Shown here one piece after another: positions 31,611 through 39,138 of a stretch of 64,000 bases of DNA. The translations under genes and the position numbers were made by a program. The stretch is taken from NCBI GenBank assembly GCA_910578785.1, contig CAJTSJ010000011.1:9248-73247 (forward strand). Reading direction: 5' to 3'. Numbering within the stretch: position 1 is the first letter of the stretch; each line of letters starts with the position of its first letter. Source of the stretch: an uncultured Muribaculum sp. (lineage in GTDB: Bacteria > Bacteroidota > Bacteroidia > Bacteroidales > Muribaculaceae). Below the pieces are notes generated by a model, which saw only the letters and a program-made list of their open reading frames with translations, had not been told where the DNA came from and did no database searches.

Positions 31611-32322
31611 CGCTTGCCTCCTTCCCGCAATTCTTGACTGATTGTTGTACTTTTATTTTCAGATATACTCCCTGCTGTCTTTTATGGTCATAAGTCTTCA
31701 AGTATAGTATATTATTGTCATGCCAAAAGATATGGCGAAGTCCATCATCTTCTTGTTGATAAACAAAGGTTTCTCCGTCAAATTGAGTGTTTTTATATGA
31801 TTCAAATTCATAAAACATATCTCCCTCTCGGCGAAAGAATCTCAAATCCAGCGGCCCATCGCAGTCATGTCCTGTCTGCGATACGTATATCCCGTTTGCA
31901 TTTATAGCCGTATGTGATGCCGCCTCACATAGGTATTTGCCACTCTCAGCATCAAACCACCATACAGAATCGTCAAATGGACTGTCTGGTATAACGAAAC
32001 CATACAACTTTAATTCCGGAAGATACAATAATTGTTGTTTGTCAAAGCCAAAATGCCCCTCAACAAAATCAATGATTTCTTGCCGCCTAACAGAATCAAG
32101 CCGTTCAAATTTATTCTGCGATTCTTTTAACACCATACTCACGATTTCGTTATCGGGAATGGAGTCTGCGGGAATAACATTATAGCGAGAATACTCTTTT
32201 TCTGTATAAGCATATTCAGCTTTGCCTATTTCCTCTACTGAGAAAACAGTTTGAGCGGATGCGACAGCAACACTTGCTATCACAATCAGCAACACCCAAA
32301 ATCGTTTATCGGTCAGCTTCAT
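31594..32322 (-). CDS. Array gene 4: exported hypothetical protein
   Basis: Start reassigned to ATG 32322, which gives the signal peptide MKLTDKRFWVLLIVIASVAVASA-Q. Confidence 0.75.
   Translation of the reverse strand: MKLTDKRFWVLLIVIASVAVASAQTVFSVEEIGKAEYAYTEKEYSRYNVIPADSIPDNEIVSMVLKESQNKFERLDSVRRQEIIDFVEGHFGFDKQQLLYLPELKLYGFVIPDSPFDDSVWWFDAESGKYLCEAASHTAINANGIYVSQTGHDCDGPLDLRFFRREGDMFYEFESYKNTQFDGETFVYQQEDDGLRHIFWHDNNILYLKTYDHKRQQGVYLKIKVQQSVKNCGKEASDEKID
31605..31636. repeat. Array junction repeat, copy 2
   Basis: TTTCATCGCTTGCCTCCTTCCCG-CAATTCTTG (copy 1 without the 6-nt ATTTAA). Confidence 0.9.
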
Positions 32323-33031
32323 ATATAAGTTTGCCATTTTGTTTATAGTTCCAGAACTTGCGATAGCAGTTGCCTTCGCCATCGTAATATTTCCACACGC
32401 CAAATTCATTGCTGAAATCATCTTCCGGATTTTCGCAGTATGTAACCCATCCTTCACTTCGAAGGCTACCATCTTTATATAAATATAAATAACGAATATA
32501 TGCGATAGAGTCGGGCACTCCGATGTAATCACCTATCGGACAAATCTGCAAATGATTGTAACTGATGCTATCCATTAGTGGTGCCATATTGTAGTCCTGC
32601 TCAAAGGTTGAAATCCTATTGATTGCAGCTATTGCACCTGCGTTTATGGGCAGCTCAACATAATAGATATCCGGCTCCTTTGTCCAACGGTGTTCTTCAC
32701 TTATATATTGTGTAAGAACTCCATCATCTGAAGTGTATTCTATAACATATTCTTTATCGTTAAATCTGATATAGTCAAAGTAAATGCCCTTAAAGGCATA
32801 CCCTCCATAAGTTTGCTCAAACCCTACACAGGACAACGACTCGGGCAGCCGTCCGTTGGCTGAAATATAAGATTCAATTCTATCGACGATTTTATCTCGA
32901 TTGTCAATCTCGCCATTTCTTCGAGCTGACACGTTATATCCTATAAGGTAAGTTGCAATAATAACAATGGCTACAATCAGAACAAAAGCAATTGCAATTG
33001 AATATGCGATTATCTTACCAAATCTTTTCAT
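32306..33031 (-). CDS. Array gene 3: single-TM anchored protein with MORN-variant-like C-terminus
   Basis: N-terminal TM; YKDGSLRSEG...GVWKYYDGEG; ATG lies within the junction motif. Confidence 0.75.
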   Translation of the reverse strand: MKRFGKIIAYSIAIAFVLIVAIVIIATYLIGYNVSARRNGEIDNRDKIVDRIESYISANGRLPESLSCVGFEQTYGGYAFKGIYFDYIRFNDKEYVIEYTSDDGVLTQYISEEHRWTKEPDIYYVELPINAGAIAAINRISTFEQDYNMAPLMDSISYNHLQICPIGDYIGVPDSIAYIRYLYLYKDGSLRSEGWVTYCENPEDDFSNEFGVWKYYDGEGNCYRKFWNYKQNGKLIYEADR

Positions 33032-33060
33032 CGCTTGCCTCCTTTCCTGTTAATACATTG
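33026..33060. repeat. Array junction repeat, copy 3
   Basis: TTTCATCGCTTGCCTCCTT (19 nt identical to copies 1 and 2), then TCCTGTTAATACATTG. Confidence 0.88.
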
Positions 33061-33744
33061 ATTTGGTACTACGTCTGATTCGGTATTGTATCCGGTGAAG
33101 AATGGCATTACATAATCCGTAAGGTCATGCTCTATATCATCCCATAGCTTCATTACATCAGTATCTGAAGTAATACTATACCATCGGTCCTCGTTAGTCG
33201 GCAATAAATCCCCAATTCTCTCCCTGACGGCGCACTCATATTCTTTTGGGAAAGCGGGTGCAATCCCGGTGTGCTTAAAATCATAATGCTCAAGCCAAAA
33301 CCGCTCTGTGTATATGCCGAGGTTGAGTGTGAATCGTATCTGCATGGCATTATTCCATTTGTCATTCTGAATGTTTGCGCAATAACCTACCGAACCGTTG
33401 TACTTGAAAAAATGATTACCGCGCTTTTTGAACTCATTTTCCTTTAGGGAATCTGCAATCTTACCAAATATAAACGTGCGCTTCTCTTGAACATCCATTT
33501 TAGGCAACGATGGTTTATCGAATCGAATCATGATGCCTAATGCCAGTAAAACCACGGCTCCCAAAATTGGCGTTTGCCATGAGATAGTCCCCTCGACAGG
33601 ATCTCCGTATCTGCTTGTTACTATGCTTGACGAATCAATGTCCAATAGATACATAAAGATTCCTATGCCAAGCATTATCGCCGAGCATACCATAAGGATG
33701 ATGAATCCCTGACGCTGAAACCTATTCTTCATGGCCATTGTCAT
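33028..33744 (-). CDS. Array gene 2: two TM helices plus DUF4304-like domain, ending RKGGKR
   Basis: LKENEFKKRGNHF...NIQNDKWN...FTLNLGIY...RERIG resembles DUF4304 (recognised by eye). Confidence 0.7.
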   Translation of the reverse strand: MTMAMKNRFQRQGFIILMVCSAIMLGIGIFMYLLDIDSSSIVTSRYGDPVEGTISWQTPILGAVVLLALGIMIRFDKPSLPKMDVQEKRTFIFGKIADSLKENEFKKRGNHFFKYNGSVGYCANIQNDKWNNAMQIRFTLNLGIYTERFWLEHYDFKHTGIAPAFPKEYECAVRERIGDLLPTNEDRWYSITSDTDVMKLWDDIEHDLTDYVMPFFTGYNTESDVVPNQCINRKGGKR

Positions 33745-33756
33745 ATGCGGAGTTAA

Positions 33757-34680
33757 TTACCACCACGGATTTTTATATGATGCACGGCTGTCACCACTTT
33801 CGGGTTCGACAATATCAAGGTCTTTCCATTGCATAAATCTATCCCATTCGGGTGAGGCATATTTGGGATTAACGTGGATTTCACCGGCTCCTATATCGAA
33901 ATCAAAGCGGAATGGCAGACGATTATCTCCCCACATACAGCGTTTTACTATCGCGGGGTTCTTGTAGCTCTGCCATGTGCCTACATAGGAGCGGTTCATA
34001 TATCCGTCGCCGTCCTCATCTATATTGTCTACCTTAATGACATCAGGCGCATCCCCCGTGACATATCCGTACGCGCCGAATATACCGCGAAATACTCCGC
34101 TTCCATTTTGTTTAGAATCTTCCTTGAGCGAATAATCGGCGATGATTTTATAGCAGTCGGGAGAATCGGCGTCACGCTCAAAAACACGGTAGATTTTCTT
34201 GATTTTGACTTCTCCCGAAAAATCGCAGACATTCTTTTTAACCTTTGTCCGGCCTCTTACGGAGTATGCCACGGAATCCAACTTTACCGCATCAGGATAG
34301 AAATAGACCTCTATCCGTTTGAAATCATTGCCAAGCACACCGTTGACGGGAGCATCAAAAGTGTAGCTACCCCAATAACCGTATGTTTTTAGAAAGGTAG
34401 GCTCCAACTGAAGTTTCCCCTCAATGAATAGCTGAGTACAGTCCTCAAACAACTGCCCTTCAATAGGTATCAGATAAGTTTCATATAAATCGCTGTAATC
34501 CATTTGGTCAAGATCGAGTGCATTATTGTCTATCCAATAATACACTGCGCCAAGTGCGTCGCGCTCAATTTTGAGCGGACTTGTGTCTGTTTGCATAGAA
34601 TTCCTATGACTTTGCGCCCATAGGTTGCAGGAGAGAGCAAAGCCAACACACAGAATCAGTATCTTATATAGTGTTGCCAT
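33757..34680 (-). CDS. Array gene 1: exported hypothetical protein
   Basis: Start reassigned to ATG 34680 (signal MATLYKILILCVGFALSCNLWA-Q) just after a -7 element; GRTKVKKNVCDFSG, DGYMNRSYVGTW, WGDNRLP, FDIGAGE. Confidence 0.8.
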   Translation of the reverse strand: MATLYKILILCVGFALSCNLWAQSHRNSMQTDTSPLKIERDALGAVYYWIDNNALDLDQMDYSDLYETYLIPIEGQLFEDCTQLFIEGKLQLEPTFLKTYGYWGSYTFDAPVNGVLGNDFKRIEVYFYPDAVKLDSVAYSVRGRTKVKKNVCDFSGEVKIKKIYRVFERDADSPDCYKIIADYSLKEDSKQNGSGVFRGIFGAYGYVTGDAPDVIKVDNIDEDGDGYMNRSYVGTWQSYKNPAIVKRCMWGDNRLPFRFDFDIGAGEIHVNPKYASPEWDRFMQWKDLDIVEPESGDSRASYKNPWW

Positions 34681-34683
34681 ACG

Positions 34684-34691
34684 CAAATTTA
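34684..34691 (-). promoter_or_regulatory. -7 promoter element TAAATTTG heading the gene array
   Basis: Exact TAnnTTTG match 3 nt before the ATG at 34680. Confidence 0.65.
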
Positions 34692-34789
34692 CAATGAAAA
34701 TTTCGTAATTCGGTGATAATATGGCAAGAAAAATCCGCATCTACACAGCTACCACCATGAAAATGCGGATAATGCGGATAATGCAGGAG

Positions 34790-35968
34790 TTAATCTTGAT
34801 ATTTGCCCGTTTGCAGAGCAAACATCTCTTTCTGACGCTCAATTTCCATGGTTAATTCTTCCTTTGTCGGGAGATATGTCAGATATTTTGCTGCGTATAG
34901 TTGCTTGCTATCTTTAAGGATCGAATACCGTGCTAAATCCTTGCTTGTTTCCGAGCAAAGGAGTAAGCCGATAGTCGGGTTATCGCCTTCCGAACATTTC
35001 AACTCGTCGTACATGCGGATATACATATCCATCTGCCCGATGTCCTCATGCGTAATTCTCGATGTCTTTAAGTCTATTAGCAGAAAACATTTAAGGATAT
35101 AGTTGTAGAATACGAGGTCTATATAGTATTCACCTATGTCTGTTTTTATCCTCTGCTGACGGGCAACAAAAGCATAGCCTTTGCCAAGTTCAAGGATGAA
35201 TTTTTGTAGGTGGTCGATTATTGCGGATTCAAGATTGGTTTCCGAATAAGCAACCTCTTGCGAAAATCCTAAAAATTCAGCGACAACAGGATTTCGCAGG
35301 AATTTATGTCAGTCTTTCTGATAATCTGTTGTAAGCCGTTTCATCTCATCTACAACTTCACCACGTTTTGATTCTGGTGTCTGGAGCAGACGATGATAAT
35401 ATTGAGAGCCAATGTTGCGGTCAAGGGTTCGGACGCTCCAGTTCTCTCCGATAGCTTCCATCATATACCAATCACGCTCGTCATCGTCTTTAACTCGCAG
35501 CAATCTTTCGTAGTGTGACCACGATAAATTGGGGATATTATATCTGATTTCAAATTGGTCAGACGGTGTCTGACCTTTTGACGGAATTAACACAGAAGAT
35601 TGGTCAGACAGTGTCTGACTAATTCGCTTTGATTCAGCAAGCAGTGCTTGCTGAATATCCAAACCTCTGAACAACAGATAGAACTTTTTAAAATTTTTTA
35701 TTTGAGTAAGGCTGTAACCTTTGCCATATTCTGCCGTTAACGCTTCGGATGCAAGTTCTATAATCCGTTTGCCGTATTCAGCACGCTCCCGGCCATACTG
35801 CTCCTGTTCAACGATTCTTTTTCCAACAAGCCAATTTGCAGCGACTTGAAAGAGGTCTGCGGTCTGATATGCCTTTTGTTTGGCGGTATATACTATCGCT
35901 TTTATATCGCTGATAAATTGAGCGTCATCAGCGTTGATATTATTGTATTTATTCAGATCGGATTTCAT
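34790..35968 (-). pseudogene. YhcG/DUF1016 PD-(D/E)xK nuclease-domain protein interrupted by an in-frame TGA
   Basis: LSWSHY, WSVRTLDRNI, then QKD*HKFLRNPVVAEFLG...ELGKGYAFVARQ...IDLVFY...IDLK...GQMDMY continuing in the same frame to the stop at 34790; internal TGA at 35309-35311. Confidence 0.88.
35557..35656. repeat. Three palindromes within the YhcG coding linker
   Basis: GGTCAGAC-GGT-GTCTGACC (35557-35575); ATTGGTCAGACA-G-TGTCTGACTAAT (35599-35623, one mismatch); ATTCAGCAAGCA-G-TGCTTGCTGAAT (35632-35656, perfect). Confidence 0.9.
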
Positions 35969-35972
35969 TTTG

Positions 35973-35980
35973 CAAAGTTA
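35973..35980 (-). promoter_or_regulatory. -7 promoter element TAACTTTG for the YhcG gene
   Basis: Exact TAnnTTTG match 4 nt before the ATG at 35968. Confidence 0.65.
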
Positions 35981-36005
35981 CGAATTTTATTGAGAATCAG
36001 GGCTG

Positions 36006-36158
36006 TTATCCGAGGGTATTCACAAGGTACTGTTTCATTTCCTCGTAGATGTCGCAATCGCGGGCGAAAGCCTTACTTCCCTCTTTATGGCCCGATAGCG
36101 CACCGACAACATTGGGGTCTTTGACCTCCTTGTAAATATTGCCGAGAAATGTTCGCCG
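36006..36158 (-). pseudogene. C-terminal remnant of a Bacteroidales-type tyrosine recombinase/integrase
   Basis: Hand translation, not in the ORF track: RRTFLGNIYKEVKDPNVVGALSGHKEGSKAFARDCDIYEEMKQYLVNTLG*; RRTF and LSGH box II motifs; Asp where the catalytic Tyr is expected. Confidence 0.8.
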
Positions 36159-36163
36159 GACAC

Positions 36164-36277
36164 GTAAGTGGCATGAAACGACTCTCTACCGGTGGTGTCC
36201 TCAATCTTCAGTTCCTGATAGTCGTAGCGGTCAAGGGTGTCAAGGGCGTATGTATAATCAACGACAACATCAAGCAA
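36164..36277 (-). pseudogene. Internal fragment of a RhuM/Fic-DOC-type gene
   Basis: LDVVVDYTYALDTLDRYDYQEL...FHATY resembles the linker of Bacteroidales RhuM-Fic proteins (recognised by eye); truncated on both sides. Confidence 0.6.
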
Positions 36278-36319
36278 TGAACAGCTTGTAGTCCAGATAG
36301 AGAGCCGGGAACAATGACC

Positions 36320-37198
36320 TTATTCGGGAACGAATGCACGGTAATCCTTAGGCGACATGCCTACAAGATGCTTGAAGTATTTTCCGAAAAACGACTGATT
36401 GGCAAAATTGAGCTTCGTGCTTATCTCCTGGACAGTCATGCCCGTGTTGCGCAACATGATTTTAGCCTCCATTATGACATACGAGTCAATCCAGTCGCCC
36501 GCAGTGCGCCCGCTTGCCTCCTTTACCATGGCCGACAGGTGTTTCGGACTGACACACAGTTTTTCGGCATAATACCCCACCGACCTCTCGGTTCGGAAAT
36601 CACGTTCGACATACTGTATGAAATCATACAATATAGCATCCTTGCGCCTGATTTTGCCGACATTCTTGTCCGACGAATGCTCCGAATAAAGCCCGAGAGT
36701 CTCAAAAAACAGAGCTTTCAGCATCGACCCCACCGTCTCCGTGCGAAACGGGCGGTCGCCGGAATCGTAGGCCTTCTTGCGCAGAATGTTGTAGAGTTCA
36801 AGCTGATTCTGGGCCTCTTCGTCCGACAGCTTGATCACGGGATGATCCATCACACTTACCATGCACGGCAAAATACGCGACATCGACGGCAAAGTATCAC
36901 CGAGATAGTCGGAGCTGACCATGATGCAGTGGCCGCGGAAATCGGCCGACGCCTGATAGCTGTTAACCACATGGCCGGGCCTAAGCACCATGATGCAATT
37001 TTTGGCGAGGGTAAACGTGCGCTGGTCATAGTTAAGAATCAGGCTGCCGTTCTCACACATTATGGAAAGGATAAAGTCAATCTTGGCCGGCAGCGTCAAG
37101 CCGCTTATCTTCGACAGGCTGTCAAACAATGCGATGTTATCCACACAGGCCGCAATAGGCGAATTGGACGGGATGCGGTCGATAGTTCTTATTTCCAT
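36320..37198 (-). CDS. AraC family transcriptional regulator
   Basis: YYAEKLCVSPKHLS and FANQSFFGKYFKHLVGMSP; start set at 37198, downstream of TACATTTG (37236-37229). Confidence 0.93.
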   Translation of the reverse strand: MEIRTIDRIPSNSPIAACVDNIALFDSLSKISGLTLPAKIDFILSIMCENGSLILNYDQRTFTLAKNCIMVLRPGHVVNSYQASADFRGHCIMVSSDYLGDTLPSMSRILPCMVSVMDHPVIKLSDEEAQNQLELYNILRKKAYDSGDRPFRTETVGSMLKALFFETLGLYSEHSSDKNVGKIRRKDAILYDFIQYVERDFRTERSVGYYAEKLCVSPKHLSAMVKEASGRTAGDWIDSYVIMEAKIMLRNTGMTVQEISTKLNFANQSFFGKYFKHLVGMSPKDYRAFVPE

Positions 37199-37389
37199 AT
37201 AGTCAAGAGATGCTTCATTGTCATATTGCAAATGTATGGATACTTTGCCAATCATGCACTATTAATATATTTAATGAATGTTATAAATTGATTTTTTGCC
37301 GTTGCCACACACTCAGCAACCGGAACCGGAAGCGAAATTCCTATGATATACGAAAAATAATCGCTATTTTTACGCATTCATTCACAGAC

Positions 37390-38989
37390 ATGAGAAAAGT
37401 AGTTTTGCCTTTCGCCATAAAAGTATTTCTGTCGTTGATCGTCATCGGTGCCGTCCGGGCATCGGCGGCGCCAGCTTCCGCCATAACTCCCGCCGATGTA
37501 GAAAGAGTCCTCAGCCGCCTTGACAATGAACTCGAACAGCGTGAACATTACCTCAGACTCCACGAACACAAGATTGACTCCCTGACGGAGTTGCTGGCCG
37601 ACAGACAGCTCGACGCATCGGAACGCCTGCGCATCATCGAAGAGAAAGGCGACCTGTACGACGGCTACCTGTCGGACTCTGCTCTTGTGTGCTACACCGC
37701 CGGATGGAACGAGGCCATAGCGGCGGGCGACAAAGACCGCGAAATCAGATTCAAGCTAAAGTCTGCCGTATGTCTGCCTTTGGCCGGATTTGTAGGCGAC
37801 GGTGTAAGCCGTTTCGAATCAATCGACCTTGACTCGCTCACGCCCGAACTGAAGGAGCTTGCGCTTGAATGCGGGCGTCAGCTCTACAGCTACGTGGCGG
37901 CATTCTACTCAGCCTACCCGACCGAATACGACAAATGGACATCATTGTCCACCGACCTTCAGAAAAGACTCCTTGAGATGCTCGACCAGGAAAGCCCAAA
38001 ATATTTGCTGAATCAAGGCGAGTGACATGTTCATGACCGGCAGACACCGACAGGCCAAAGCCATTCTGCTCGAACTTCTTGAGACGGTGCCCGTCGACTC
38101 CAACATCGCGGCGCGCGCGGCCAACATCATCAGCCAGGCGGCCGCCATCGACGGACTTAAAGACGAACAGCTGTATTATCTGGCCATATCGGCCATAGCC
38201 GACATCCGTTCATCTACCCGCGAAGTGACCTCGCTGCAACAGCTCGGAATAAACCTCTATGAATCTGACGACATCGAACGTTCACGCACATACCTGGCCC
38301 GCGCACTCGACAACGCCGTAGAGTGCCAGGCCGCCATGCGGATGCTGCAGACGTCAAAGGCCCTGCCGGTAATCGACAAAGCGCATCAAGAGGCTATGCG
38401 GCTCGGACGCATAAGGCTGTACATGGCCATAATGTTTTTGGTATTGCTCATGGCATGCCTCATAGCGGTGCTGGCCATGCTGAACCGCGAAATGAAACGC
38501 ATGAAGGAACTCCAGAGGCATCTTGAAAGCGCCAACAAGCAGAAAGAAATGTATATGGGACACTTCCTGAGCCTGTGCACGGTATATATGGACAAGCTCA
38601 ATAAGTTTTGCCAGATCGCCATTAGAAAAATCACCACCGGTCACACCGACGAACTGCTGAGACTCATGAAGTCAGGACGATTTATCGGAGAGCACACCCA
38701 TGAATTTTACGAGACATTCGACAAAGCCTTCCTGCACATACACCCGACATTTATCGATGATGTGAACAAGTTGCTGAAACCCGAAGAACAGATAGTGCCC
38801 GGCGAGGGAGAGCTGTTGAACACCGACCTGCGGATCCTGGCATTCATTCGCCTTGGAGTCGAGGATAGCCCGACCATAGCCCAGACACTCAACTATTCAC
38901 TCCACACAATATATTCCTACCGCAACCGTCTTAGGAACAGAGCCATCGACAGAGACAACTTTGAATCGGACATTGCCGGACTGGATTAG
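37390..38989 (+). pseudogene. DUF6377/SusR-like membrane-spanning regulator split by a +1 frameshift
   Basis: Signal peptide and helical periplasmic part stop at TGA 38023-38025; TM and HTH part (FDKAFL..HPTF, IAQTLNYSLHTIYSYR) continues from 38027 in another frame; paralogous to the intact neighbour. Confidence 0.8.
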
Positions 38990-39138
38990 AACGCCATCGA
39001 GTCTCGTTAACATTTATTATGTGACCGTAGCCATGTTAAACTTTACTAAAGCTATTGTCTGTATTCAAATATGGTCTTAACTTTGTTGGACAATGAAATC
39101 ATTCTTGCAGATTCAACCAATCTTATAATATACCAAAT

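Larger units (their letters stand above)
28333..36290 (-). mobile_element. Decayed integrative island: integrase remnant, YhcG pseudogene and a nine-gene cassette-like array
   Basis: Visibly more AT-rich than the flanks; all genes on the minus strand; integrase and RhuM/Fic fragments at the right end; repeated junction motif; att sites not identified. Confidence 0.7.

Noticed and set aside
32323..32532. N-terminal extension of ORF 31594..32532
   Set aside because: It overlaps the upstream gene by over 200 nt; ATG 32322 gives a clean signal peptide.
29879..33060. Junction repeats as a CRISPR array or integron attC sites
   Set aside because: Spacing is gene-sized (1.4-1.7 kb), there are no cas genes, and there is no RYYYAAC...GTTRRRY palindromic attC structure.
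35309..35311. TGA recoding (selenocysteine or alternative genetic code)
   Set aside because: Many intact genes here end in TGA. The position is not a Cys site, and the other internal TGA (38023) comes with a frameshift.
36035..36277. 80-aa ORF as a real gene
   Set aside because: It is a chimera: a RhuM/Fic-like fragment running into out-of-frame integrase sequence.
28200..36320. attL/attR direct repeats or a tRNA target bounding the island
   Set aside because: I could not find matching repeats at the two ends or any tRNA by eye; the boundaries are approximate.
36314..37291. 325-aa plus-strand ORF, and similar long antisense ORFs (e.g. 6134..7063, 939..1616, 24321..24998)
   Set aside because: Shadow frames opposite well-supported genes, with no recognisable motifs.
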